The position numbers and the translations under genes were made by a program. Source: a virus (Duplodnaviria > Caudoviricetes). From it: a stretch of 64,000 bases of DNA. Location of the stretch: IMG/VR virus record IMGVR_UViG_3300025732_000016, one strand, 5' to 3'. The notes beneath the pieces were generated by a model. That model was given only the letters and a program-made list of their open reading frames with translations, was not told where the DNA came from and did no database searches. How positions within the stretch are numbered: position 1 is the first letter of the stretch; every line of letters starts with the position of its first letter. This document shows positions 1-8,999 of the stretch, in pieces.

Positions 1-1204
1 CTTGCCAGCAGAAGTCACCCGTGCAACGCTCTCGAGCAATCGCTTTCTGCTGTCCGTCATAAAGAGCGAATCTCTTGTCGTCCCAGTCTCTCGCGTGTTG
101 AAACGGCTTCAGACGAGGCTCAGACTCAGCGAGCTCCTGCAGCTTCTCCCAGGTTCCGTCCGTTGACCCACCGTCAACGACGATGACTTCATCACAGAAC
201 CCGAGAAGAGAGTTGATGCTCTCAATCCAGGGATACCTCTGCTCAATGCAGTTCCTCGTCTGCGTGTAACCGCTAATCTTCGGTTCCCACTCCATTGCGC
301 TCCTGATGCCGTTCCAGAATGTTTCCCTGGCGGCGTAAAGGTAGGATTCAGTGTCGAGTGGATCGCTGGACGTGAACCACTCCTCATTTGCATGCTCGAC
401 GTTGTCATTGGTGTGAAGCTTGCAACCGAGCAGCTTAGCCTCGATGACCATTCGAGGGCAAGTGTCGCCGCCCTTTGGGAGGTAGACGAGACCCTCAGCA
501 GTCGAAAGCTTCGTGAGGAAGTCTCCAGGAGAGACTCCGTGGACTATCTCGTAGTCATGCCCCTGTGACTTGCACCACTCTACTGCGTCATCGACTCCCT
601 TGATCCAGGACGTTGAGCCCAATACAATCCAGCCCTTTCTCTCAGCATTTGAGTTCTTCTCCCTGAGCTGCTTGAGAAGAACCCAGAAGTCCTCTTCGAA
701 GACTGAGGACAGGACACTCTGTGGCACGTTCTCGAGAAATGGGAAGAGCTTCCAGTATCTCTTCTGCTGTCTCTCAGACATCCACCAGAGAGACTTTGCT
801 CCAAGGTAGAAAGTCGAGGCGAGCTTGCCCGCACTGTCGTTCTGACAGTCACAGGGCTTCTTCTCTGCTACCTCGTGCTTCTCAGGAGAACGGTACTTGC
901 AGAACTTGTAGTCGTACTCGAGCACTGAGTACTTCATGTTAGCAACTATTGTTGGGATGAGGTCTCTGTTCAACCCCGCCCAGTTCCCAAAGATCCAGAA
1001 CTTGCTGTGACCCTCCTCAAGGTTCTGAAGAGAGACGTCCTTCGTGTGGAGTTTGAATACCCTGAATGGTGATGACTTTATGAGAGCCTCAGTTGTGAGC
1101 TCCGCGCCACCCACCAGGTCCTCAGCAAAGAAGTCTGCGACGAACACAACATCGCAGACGCTCGGAACGTGCTTGTTTTGAATTTGAAATTGGCTACTGA
1201 ACAT
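1..1204 (-). CDS. Glycosyltransferase fusion (GT-B/GT4-like N-terminal part + GT2-like domain), runs off the window
   Basis: Not in the ORF track. Read by hand from ATG 1204: MFSSQFQIQNKHVPSVCDVVFVADFFAEDLVGGAELTT...GLVYLPKGGDTCPRMVIEAKLLGC (GT4-like EA..G) ...CDEVIVVDGGSTDGTWE (GT2-like). Open to position 1. Confidence 0.75.
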   Translation of the reverse strand, partial: MFSSQFQIQNKHVPSVCDVVFVADFFAEDLVGGAELTTEALIKSSPFRVFKLHTKDVSLQNLEEGHSKFWIFGNWAGLNRDLIPTIVANMKYSVLEYDYKFCKYRSPEKHEVAEKKPCDCQNDSAGKLASTFYLGAKSLWWMSERQQKRYWKLFPFLENVPQSVLSSVFEEDFWVLLKQLREKNSNAERKGWIVLGSTSWIKGVDDAVEWCKSQGHDYEIVHGVSPGDFLTKLSTAEGLVYLPKGGDTCPRMVIEAKLLGCKLHTNDNVEHANEEWFTSSDPLDTESYLYAARETFWNGIRSAMEWEPKISGYTQTRNCIEQRYPWIESINSLLGFCDEVIVVDGGSTDGTWEKLQELAESEPRLKPFQHARDWDDKRFALYDGQQKAIARERCTGDFCWQ

Positions 1205-1244
1205 GCAGAATAGTTGTCTTCTGCGCGTCACCAGTAAACAGAAG

Positions 1245-1287
1245 AAGACTCCACCTCAGGGCTTGAACAACCGAAAGGCGGAGTCTT
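1245..1287 (-). terminator. Probable intrinsic terminator after the tail-fibre genes
   Basis: Inverted repeat AAGACTCC(G/A)CCT...AGG(T/C)GGAGTCTT, followed on the minus strand by CTTCTGTTT. Confidence 0.5.
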
Positions 1288-1332
1288 AATAATTGTTCAG
1301 TTCTTCTTCAGTAGAGAACTGATACTCAATCT

Positions 1333-3642
1333 CTAAGACTGCTCATCCAGCTCAGGGACTCTCTCAAGGAGGAACTTATACCGCTTCCCAGTCTTGTTGA
1401 ACCTGATCGAGAGGAAGTCTGGCTCTTCTATCAGAGTGTAGTCTCCCCTCTCATTTCTGAGATGAAGATCGCCGGTGTAGATGTTAGCCCAGCGAGCAGT
1501 TGAGCTTCCAAGGTCCAGCGTTCTGTCACCGCTCGGTAGTATCGTTGTGCTCACCTTCGCATTTGCGAACGATACTTGATCAGTGTTGATGTCATTTCCG
1601 AATGTGGTGTTTCCATTGACGACGAGACTGCTGTTGACAGTGGTGGTTCCAGACGCGTTTCCAATTGTCAGAGTTGTTGCAGCTCCAGCAAAGTTCACAG
1701 TCGTAGCGACAGTATTGAAGACGCTCTGCGTTGTCTGGTTACCGACTAATGTCCCACCCTGAATCGTTGTTGTTCCGCCATTTGCTCCGATTATGACTGA
1801 TGAACCGCTCAGCGTGAGTTCCTGTGCAACCGATGTGTCTCCTGCTGCGATCCTGAGTCCAGCACCTGCGCCAATTGTACCGCTTACTACACCGATGGGC
1901 ACACCATGTCTCTCGAGCTGGAAACCATTGTTTCCAGCATTCAACCGTATGAGCGCACCGCTGATGACCAGGTTCTTGTTGCTAACAGCGCCGAACACCG
2001 CTGGGTTGCCAGCTCCGCCATCTTTGAAGTTGATGTACGAGAAGCCGTTGACTTGGAAGTCAACAATACCTCCGGTATTGGGGTTGAGCTCGATTGTGCT
2101 GCCCTTGGACGTGAGCTTTGATCCATCCGAAGAAGTTACGAAAGCTGTCGGTCCACCAAGCTCAAGCTTACCAGCCCTAAACGCCTGATAATCAACAACA
2201 TTTATCGCGGCACCCACAGCGGCCGCTGTGGGTGTTGTATCAGTTCTCGCAACCGTGAAGCCATCCGCGCTCTCATCCCAGAACATTGCAACGCTGTTCT
2301 CTCCGACGAGACCTCCTATGAAACCTCTATCGCTCAACGAGCCTGCAACCGAACCAGAAGCAAAGCCCAGGCCTATCACTGGGTCCTGGATCTCCATCAC
2401 TGTGGAGTCGATCGTTGTCGTTGTTCCGCTGATGTAGAGGTCACCCTTGACAATCAGATTCTTGTTGACAGTCAGGTCATTGTTGACAGTTGTAGTTCCT
2501 GTGGCTGCACCGATATTGACAGTTGTTGCGGCACCTGCAACGCTGAGAGTCGTGACAGTCGTATTGAGAAGGTCAAAAGACGTTTGAGTGGAGGTGATCT
2601 TGTTTGTACCAGCGCCCGACGTGCCATTGACTGCGAGGCTTCCTGCCACCGTTGTCGTGTCAGAAACAGCATTTCCAAGTGTGGTGTTACCGTCAACTGT
2701 AAGATCATTGTTGATCGACGTTGTACCGGTGGCAGCTCCAATCTCAAGCGTAGTTGCAGCACCGGCAAAATTGACCGTGGTTGCAGACGTATTGACGAGA
2801 TTGAAAGTGGTAGATGTCGTTGTTAGATCGCCGCCGTTGACTGCAAGATCATTCGAAGCTGAAACCACACCGACGAGAGTTGAAGTCCCACCCACAGTGA
2901 GGTTCGCACCGGCCTGCAGGTCACTGGAACCACTGATCACTCCGCCGTTGCTAATAGAAGCGATAACCCCCGATGCAGTCTTGATGCTGAAGGACCCAGA
3001 GGTTATTACATTGCCACCGAATAAGGTGGCATTTGACCCAGCAGTGCCGACACCTGCATTTGAACCAGAGAAGTAGAAGACGACGTCCGTGCCCTTGTCA
3101 CTCGCAGCAGTGATGGTCTCGCCAGTCCTTGCGCCCGTGAATGCAACAGTTCCTGAGTTGTAGATGACTCCCGCTGCCGTCTCAGTGAAGAAGTTCGAGC
3201 CACCACCACCACCAGTCGAAGCAATCGTAACTGCACCGTTAGAGCCCGTTGTGATCGTAACGTTGGTACCTGCAATGAGGTAGCTTGTTCCGTCTGCGAG
3301 CTTCGTGAGCGAACCGGTGAGACCAGCTGTCGTCGTCATTGCGCCGGATACGACGAGTCCGTTCCTTGCAATGACTTGATCACCAATGTAGAGCGGTGAT
3401 CCACCGAACAGTGTGCCGCTGATTACGACGTCACCGCCGAACACCGTTGTTCCTCTAACTGTGTAATCAGGGCTTGCAGCCGGAGAACCCGGAGAACGAG
3501 CCGCTATGTTACCTGAGACAAAGAATACTGCGTCTACGCCAGGCAGCGAAGGATAAGTGGCATTGGGCCTGTTGGCAACAATGACCGATCCTGTGATTGC
3601 AACTATCGAGTTTGACCCCGATACGCTTCCAACTAACGCCAT
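1333..3642 (-). CDS. Tail fibre / virion structural protein with conserved C-terminal module
   Basis: 769 aa, G/T/S/V-rich with repeated beta motifs (ISGS, DLxVxG, TTTVN). C-terminus WANIYTGDLHLRNERGDYTLIEEPDFL is shared with the neighbouring gene. Confidence 0.7.
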   Translation of the reverse strand: MALVGSVSGSNSIVAITGSVIVANRPNATYPSLPGVDAVFFVSGNIAARSPGSPAASPDYTVRGTTVFGGDVVISGTLFGGSPLYIGDQVIARNGLVVSGAMTTTAGLTGSLTKLADGTSYLIAGTNVTITTGSNGAVTIASTGGGGGSNFFTETAAGVIYNSGTVAFTGARTGETITAASDKGTDVVFYFSGSNAGVGTAGSNATLFGGNVITSGSFSIKTASGVIASISNGGVISGSSDLQAGANLTVGGTSTLVGVVSASNDLAVNGGDLTTTSTTFNLVNTSATTVNFAGAATTLEIGAATGTTSINNDLTVDGNTTLGNAVSDTTTVAGSLAVNGTSGAGTNKITSTQTSFDLLNTTVTTLSVAGAATTVNIGAATGTTTVNNDLTVNKNLIVKGDLYISGTTTTIDSTVMEIQDPVIGLGFASGSVAGSLSDRGFIGGLVGENSVAMFWDESADGFTVARTDTTPTAAAVGAAINVVDYQAFRAGKLELGGPTAFVTSSDGSKLTSKGSTIELNPNTGGIVDFQVNGFSYINFKDGGAGNPAVFGAVSNKNLVISGALIRLNAGNNGFQLERHGVPIGVVSGTIGAGAGLRIAAGDTSVAQELTLSGSSVIIGANGGTTTIQGGTLVGNQTTQSVFNTVATTVNFAGAATTLTIGNASGTTTVNSSLVVNGNTTFGNDINTDQVSFANAKVSTTILPSGDRTLDLGSSTARWANIYTGDLHLRNERGDYTLIEEPDFLSIRFNKTGKRYKFLLERVPELDEQS

Positions 3643-3689
3643 GTGATCTCTCCTTTACGAGTTTCAATGATTATGTATACGACTGCGAT

Positions 3690-4772
3690 CTAATCAAGAG
3701 GTTGAAGCATCATCTTGTAGCGCTTTCCTGTCTTGTTGTTGATGACGCAGAGAAACTCTTCTTCCTCAAGGATTGTCCAGTCTCCACGATCGTTCCGCAG
3801 GTGTAGGTCGCCCGTGTACACGTTCTGCCAGCGGAGTGCAGGAGTTCCAAGATTGTAGGTGAAGTCGGAGTTGGGAGTGATTGAACCCTTCAAGCCAATC
3901 GATCCCGTGATCTGCATTGAGCCCGACATGAAGATGTTTGTTATGCCACCGGTATCAGTCGTTCCAATCCTGATATTCGTTGTAACACCCGGGTCTGCCC
4001 CAAGACCGAAGTTCAAGTTCTTTGTGCTACCAACCGCGGTGGCACCACACGCGAGGTTCAAAGTAACGTTGCCAGTCCTCGCAGAAGCGACGGTGAACGT
4101 GTGTGAAGTGCTGCCCGCAGAGTTTCCTATTGAGATGCTAGAAGCTGCACTGCCCAGAGAAATTGTCGATGCATTAGTGGGAAAAACGGTGACTGTGCTA
4201 GCGTTAGTTAGGAAGTCACCGCCATTTACTGTGAGGTCACCTTCAATTGCGAGATTACCATTTGACTGCGTGGCAGTGATAGTTGCGTTACCGCCTGAGT
4301 CCTTTAGAGTGATGCTACCTGAGTAGACGGTATTTCCGCCGAAGAGAGTAGACTTGGTGCCGTCTCTTGAACCAGACACATAGAAGAAGACGTCCGCTCC
4401 CTTGTCACTTGGAGAGTCAACAGAGCTTTCACCACCTCGGAATGCTGCAGATCCAGTGGTGAAAATTGATCCGTTTGTCGTTGAATCGAAGAATTCGTCG
4501 ACTGTTAGAGTGACACCGGTCAGAGTGCCCGAGATGTGAACGTCGCCACCAAATGTAACCCTGTCACTGCCGCCAGTAGAGCCAGAGATGAAAAGCCACG
4601 TGTCTGAACCTGTACCCGCAAGTATGAGGTTGCCAGTGTCGACGGTGACCCCATCGTTCCCAGCAGCCCCTGATCCGATGAGCAGAAGTCTCGGGTTTGT
4701 TGAGCTCCCCGATGCGATAAGCCTCTCTGCACGTATGCCAGAAGACTTGAAATCTGGTGGTCTTGTAGCCAT
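3690..4772 (-). CDS. Tail-fibre-like protein, paralogue of 1333-3642
   Basis: Same C-terminal WQNVYTGDLHLRNDRGDWTILEEEEFL module and same SDKGxDVxFYxSGS module. Confidence 0.65.
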   Translation of the reverse strand: MATRPPDFKSSGIRAERLIASGSSTNPRLLLIGSGAAGNDGVTVDTGNLILAGTGSDTWLFISGSTGGSDRVTFGGDVHISGTLTGVTLTVDEFFDSTTNGSIFTTGSAAFRGGESSVDSPSDKGADVFFYVSGSRDGTKSTLFGGNTVYSGSITLKDSGGNATITATQSNGNLAIEGDLTVNGGDFLTNASTVTVFPTNASTISLGSAASSISIGNSAGSTSHTFTVASARTGNVTLNLACGATAVGSTKNLNFGLGADPGVTTNIRIGTTDTGGITNIFMSGSMQITGSIGLKGSITPNSDFTYNLGTPALRWQNVYTGDLHLRNDRGDWTILEEEEFLCVINNKTGKRYKMMLQPLD

Positions 4773-5017
4773 TAGCTTGTACTCGCAATGAGATATTCTG
4801 CAGTGCCGCCAGACGTATCAGACGTGATGACTAGAAAGATGTCATTTGTCTGCTTGTGAGGTGTGATAGACACGTTTGTGTGGGGAGTCATGACCACTCC
4901 GACGTTAATAGTAGAGTCTATTGCTGGATCTGTGGCAATCACTGATGACTGATCCGCAGCCACTGACATGCTACCAAACTGTAGCACCACTTTGTTGGCT
5001 CCCAATTTCGCTCTCAT
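4772..5017 (-). CDS. Small beta-rich hypothetical protein, probably structural
   Basis: ATGA overlap with the upstream gene; beta-strand pattern; lies in the fibre cluster. Confidence 0.5.
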   Translation of the reverse strand: MRAKLGANKVVLQFGSMSVAADQSSVIATDPAIDSTINVGVVMTPHTNVSITPHKQTNDIFLVITSDTSGGTAEYLIASTS

Positions 5018-5328
5018 TCTGACACCACAATGATGGAAACTGACTCAGAAGTGGCAAAGCTCGCACCGACGGTGACTGTATCAGTCGTGATTGCCTTGAT
5101 GAACACATTGAAGCTGTCATTTTGAGCTGTTGCAACGACGACGGGAACGCTGGAGTACGTGTGCTTGAAGTTATAGACAACCTCGTTGCTGCCTCCGAAA
5201 TCTACCACGGCGCTTTCAAGGACGACAGCATCATCCGACTGGTAGGTGTACTTCGGCTCCTTTCTAAGAAATGGGTAGACTTTCGCGTAGCGATTGAGAT
5301 CAATCTTACGAAAGACTGCTGTCGCCAT
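5014..5328 (-). CDS. Small beta-rich hypothetical protein, probably structural
   Basis: RBS GAGG before ATG; YNFKHTYSSVPVVVAT resembles fibre beta-sandwich tips. Confidence 0.55.
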   Translation of the reverse strand: MATAVFRKIDLNRYAKVYPFLRKEPKYTYQSDDAVVLESAVVDFGGSNEVVYNFKHTYSSVPVVVATAQNDSFNVFIKAITTDTVTVGASFATSESVSIIVVSE

Positions 5329-5364
5329 GAATCACCTCTTCGAGCTAAATAGGAAGCTCAAAGC

Positions 5365-6678
5365 CTACAGTGATTGACTTGCCAACGTTGCGAGCGGAGA
5401 TCTTTCACCACGATCGAGCCTGATGTGACCGAAAAGCTGAGAGCCCTTTAACCTCTCGATCGCGATTGTCAATCCGTTCGAGAACCTGTCGAGGTAGGGA
5501 GTGTCAACCTGCTCTGTGTCACCAAGCAGGACCATCTTAGTTCCCTCACCGCACCTCGTCACGAGAGTCTTGATCTCGTGGATGGTGAGGTTCTGGGCCT
5601 CATCAACGATGATATAACAGTTGCTGAAGCTTCTTCCTCGAATGTAAGAAATGGGGCTCACTTCAATGATCCCGCGCTGTCTCATGGTCTCGAAATAGGT
5701 CGTGTCTCGGAAGGCATTGCGAAAGTTGTCAACGATGGGCATGAGCCACGGAGCCATCTTCTCATCGAGAGTCCCGGGCAGGTAGCCGAGATCTCTTCCC
5801 ACGGGCTCGATAGATCTTGTGATGATGATTCGCTCATACTTCTTCGAGTTGAGACCAGCCATTCCTGCCGTAAGAGCAAGGAATGTCTTTCCCGAACCAG
5901 CAAGGCCTGTCATTGCCACGAGGGGCACATCACCATCGTTCAGGAGGTGGATTGCCGCTTTCTGCTCCTTCGACCTGGGCGTTATTCCAATGGAGTCGAC
6001 CTTTGCTTTTGGCTGGATGATCTTACCACCTTTCACCATTCCAATGAGGCTCTTCTGCGGATTCGTCTCTGAGACTCCCACCACGAGAGAGTTCTCACAG
6101 AGGCTCTCAGAGTTCACTGGAGTAACCCACCCATGCTGGTAATAGGATTCCATGTCCTCATCACTCAGAGTCATCTGAGATTGGCCAGAGTACACAGGGT
6201 TACCTTCTCGAACTGCCTGTGGAACATCCCTGTAATAGTCCTCGGCAGTGATGCCAATTGCATCGGCCTTGAGCCGGAGGTTGATGTCTTTTGTGACGAT
6301 GATGACCTGGTTGTCGGGCTTCGAGTGACGCAGCCAGGCAGCAACCCACAGGAGCTTGTGGTCGCCCTTCTTCAGGTCGAACTCCTTCGGAATGAGACCG
6401 TCCTCGATGTCAGACATCCCGTCGCTGACGACTCGGATGTTAACGTCGTTCTCTGGGAGGTGAATCCCATCGTGGAGACTTCCCTTCTTCCTCAAAGAGT
6501 CCAGGGACCTGTTCACTTCTCTCGCCGCGCTGCCGATGAGCTCTTTTCGATCCTTGAACCTATCGAGCTCCTCGAGAGCTATGAGCGGAATGACCACATC
6601 GTTGCCAGTGAATGCGAAGATGGAAGAAGAATCGTAAAGTAGGACGCTGGTGTCAATGACAAATGTCTTTCTGCTCAA
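5365..6678 (-). CDS. phoH: PhoH-family ATPase with N-terminal PIN domain
   Basis: PIN motif FVIDTSVLL; Walker A GLAGSGKT; RGRS, VDEAQN and GDTEQVD motifs. Start set at TTG 6678 after GAGGGA. Confidence 0.9.
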   Translation of the reverse strand: MSRKTFVIDTSVLLYDSSSIFAFTGNDVVIPLIALEELDRFKDRKELIGSAAREVNRSLDSLRKKGSLHDGIHLPENDVNIRVVSDGMSDIEDGLIPKEFDLKKGDHKLLWVAAWLRHSKPDNQVIIVTKDINLRLKADAIGITAEDYYRDVPQAVREGNPVYSGQSQMTLSDEDMESYYQHGWVTPVNSESLCENSLVVGVSETNPQKSLIGMVKGGKIIQPKAKVDSIGITPRSKEQKAAIHLLNDGDVPLVAMTGLAGSGKTFLALTAGMAGLNSKKYERIIITRSIEPVGRDLGYLPGTLDEKMAPWLMPIVDNFRNAFRDTTYFETMRQRGIIEVSPISYIRGRSFSNCYIIVDEAQNLTIHEIKTLVTRCGEGTKMVLLGDTEQVDTPYLDRFSNGLTIAIERLKGSQLFGHIRLDRGERSPLATLASQSL

Positions 6679-6735
6679 GTTATTGTCCCTCAGACAAGTT
6701 TCTATACATACTTCTGACTTTCGTAACCTTCTCTT

Positions 6736-7011
6736 ATGGCAAGAGAGAAACTTGAAGTCGTTCCCCACACTACCTGCTTTGCAGAGCACGAGAAGAGGTC
6801 ACTCTCCTGTGAGAAGTCTTCCTGCCGAATGTGGGTAAAGGATGGTTCCTCGCTGAACTGCTGCCTCATAAAAGCGCGTGAGCCCCACACTCTCCAAGAG
6901 ATCGGTGATCTCTTTGGCGTTACCCGCATGCGGATATGCCAACTAGAGAAGTCGATACTCCGGAAAGTGGAGGCTGCTAACGATCTGACTGAGCTCAACC
7001 CTTGCGCTTAG
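6736..7011 (+). CDS. Sigma-70 region-4-like HTH protein with Cys-rich N-terminus
   Basis: HTLQEIGDLFGVTRMRICQLEKSILRK matches sigma region 4.2; C..H..C..C..CC upstream. Confidence 0.75.
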   Translation: MAREKLEVVPHTTCFAEHEKRSLSCEKSSCRMWVKDGSSLNCCLIKAREPHTLQEIGDLFGVTRMRICQLEKSILRKVEAANDLTELNPCA

Positions 7012-7393
7012 ATGCCTTCGCGACAGGAGCTGCGGCAACAGGAGATTCCACCTCTACGGCGGGCTCCTGCGCTGGGGACTCAGGAGATGGCTCTGGAGTA
7101 ACCACTGCGGGCTCAACCACAACCGGCTCCTCGATGAGTGCCGCAGCCGCAGCTGGAGGTTCAGAAGTGATGGCAGCAGGAGTCTCCTCAACCTGCTCTT
7201 CTCTGACGGGAAGAGCAACCCCAGCAACCCCAGCAACCTCAGTCTGAGTCTCAGTATGGGTCACGGGTGCATCTTCTGTCTGAGGCACCCAACCACGCGG
7301 TCGAGAAGGCTCAACAGGGTGAGACGGGGCAACCCCACGCGGCCGTGGCGCGGGTGGCTCAACAAGAGGAGCTACCCCACGGGGCAGTGACAT
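6995..7393 (-). CDS. Pro/Ala/Glu-rich low-complexity protein
   Basis: ATG overlaps the upstream stop; repeated PRGVAP; basic C-terminus. Confidence 0.5.
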   Translation of the reverse strand: MSLPRGVAPLVEPPAPRPRGVAPSHPVEPSRPRGWVPQTEDAPVTHTETQTEVAGVAGVALPVREEQVEETPAAITSEPPAAAAALIEEPVVVEPAVVTPEPSPESPAQEPAVEVESPVAAAPVAKASKRKG

Positions 7394-7599
7394 TACTCTA
7401 CCTTCTCTGACTTCCGAGACTTCTCAGTCTCAACAGTCACCTTTGTGAGCGCTGCAGCTCTCGCCTTCAGGGTACGAAGTCCCTTGCGAGCCCTGACTCC
7501 TGCCGATGCATTTCCAGCAGCGTTCTTACGAACATCGAGGTCAATGCCCTCAACGATTCCCCGAATCTCGGTCCAAATCTCCAGGATCGAATTCTCCAC
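7393..7599 (-). CDS. Histone H1-like (Hc1-family) small basic protein
   Basis: GNASAGVRARKGLRTLK matches the GNxxAGxRARK signature of Hc1-like proteins. Confidence 0.7.
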   Translation of the reverse strand: MENSILEIWTEIRGIVEGIDLDVRKNAAGNASAGVRARKGLRTLKARAAALTKVTVETEKSRKSEKVE

Positions 7600-7819
7600 T
7601 TGCTTTTTCTCCTTCGGGAGCGATGAGCTCCTCTTTGTTGATGATGTGAGGCTTGATGACCTCTAGTACCGAGAGCATCGCTTCTCGGTTCTCTAACTCC
7701 AGGCTGAGAAGCTCAATGAGCTTCATTCTCTGGTAGTCAGTGACTCCAAAATCGTTTATTCTCTGATTGATCTCGCGGCATGTCTGAATCTGCCTGAGCC
7801 AATCTGTGTCGATTGACAT
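7550..7819 (-). CDS. Hypothetical protein
   Basis: TAATG coupling to the upstream gene; helical ORF containing LALELEN-like ELLSLELENRE. Confidence 0.55.
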   Translation of the reverse strand: MSIDTDWLRQIQTCREINQRINDFGVTDYQRMKLIELLSLELENREAMLSVLEVIKPHIINKEELIAPEGEKASGEFDPGDLDRDSGNR

Positions 7820-8286
7820 TAGAATGTCTCCGTCATGTCGTATGACTCGATCTTGAACTTATTCGAGCCCTCAAAAGTGAGAGTCTTTCCCTTCACTTTA
7901 CCATCCTCTGACTGCCTCGTCAAGACTATTCTCTCACCCCATCTCTGGTTTGAGTAGATGAAGTGAGCTTGTTCCCAAGTAGCTATGTCACACTCATAGC
8001 TTGCAAGAACATTAGAGAGCTCTGTGGGGATCATAAGCGAGATGTCTTTGACAGTGATTATCGACGATGATTTTTCTTTCGTAGTGATCTCAGACTTGCA
8101 AAAGTCAATGACAGAATGGATCACTCCGCAATTCGTACACTCAGCGTCCTTTGGTATTACGTTACCACCATCGTCCAACACCGAGAACACTACGAACGAG
8201 TGATACACAGGATTGGGCAACCTCCTTAAAGTAGGGAGGACGCAATGGCACTGCACGAGATGCTTGATCCCTTCCATTCTGCTCAC
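7819..8286 (-). CDS. Hypothetical protein with putative Zn-binding motifs
   Basis: HLVQCHC, CTNCGVIH and FCKS; operonic overlap. Confidence 0.6.
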   Translation of the reverse strand: MSRMEGIKHLVQCHCVLPTLRRLPNPVYHSFVVFSVLDDGGNVIPKDAECTNCGVIHSVIDFCKSEITTKEKSSSIITVKDISLMIPTELSNVLASYECDIATWEQAHFIYSNQRWGERIVLTRQSEDGKVKGKTLTFEGSNKFKIESYDMTETF

Positions 8287-8504
8287 TTACGAAAAAATTT
8301 CTGAACCTGTCCCCAAAGCGACGGGTAAGCGTTGTTCGCAGACTGCTCAATGCTTAGCTGCACAGCTGCAACAATCTTCTGCGTCACTCTATCATCGATC
8401 CCTTCTTGACGACAAATCGTGATAATGTTGTTAGAAGTCGTGTCCTTCACTGCACCGAAAACATTGAAGTACTGTCTTCCAAAATCAGCTTCATTCATGT
8501 ACAC
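8283..8504 (-). CDS. Hypothetical protein
   Basis: ATGA overlap with the next gene; RBS GAGG. Confidence 0.5.
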   Translation of the reverse strand: MYMNEADFGRQYFNVFGAVKDTTSNNIITICRQEGIDDRVTQKIVAAVQLSIEQSANNAYPSLWGQVQKFFRK

Positions 8505-8543
8505 CTCATGTTGTATCGAATCATCAAGAGCGATAGTGTAAAC

Positions 8544-8999
8544 TTACCTTGCACTCTTATCAGCCAGTGTTGAAGATACCCAAGAGTTAGGCTTCACCTG
8601 GCACTTGAAGCCGTAGGCTCCCACCATTGCAGTGAGCTCTTTTACGTACTTCGAAGACTTGTGGACGGCAGTGTTGAGATCGAGGTGAACCTCTGGGTCC
8701 CTTCCAAACTCATCTCGAATTTCGCTTGCAACTGTGAGAGATCTAACAGCCTCCTCAGTAAGCCGCTGGTGTAGGTGGCGAAAATCAGACTTTTGCGCCT
8801 GGTCCCTGACGTAGAAGAACCTGCCTCCCTTGCCCGGGTAGTACACTGCAATCACTGTCGCAAACACCCACTGTCCACCGAGCATGTGTGAGTCTGATCC
8901 AACGAAGATCTGGACTTCCTTGTCACGAATGAGAGACTCGAGCTCTTCTGTTTTTGCCGTCTCTCCGCTTGGCCACTTCCACTTTCTTGTCGATAACAA
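8544..8999 (-). CDS. RNase H-like YkuK-family protein
   Basis: IFVGSDS, EAVRSL, EVHLD and WVSSTLADK resemble the YkuK family. Confidence 0.7.
   Translation of the reverse strand: MLSTRKWKWPSGETAKTEELESLIRDKEVQIFVGSDSHMLGGQWVFATVIAVYYPGKGGRFFYVRDQAQKSDFRHLHQRLTEEAVRSLTVASEIRDEFGRDPEVHLDLNTAVHKSSKYVKELTAMVGAYGFKCQVKPNSWVSSTLADKSAR

Noticed and set aside
1261-1272. 12-mer GCTTGAACAACC shared with about 50557-50568 (minus strand)
   Set aside because: The second copy is coding sequence (PLEQP) with no further alignment; likely chance.
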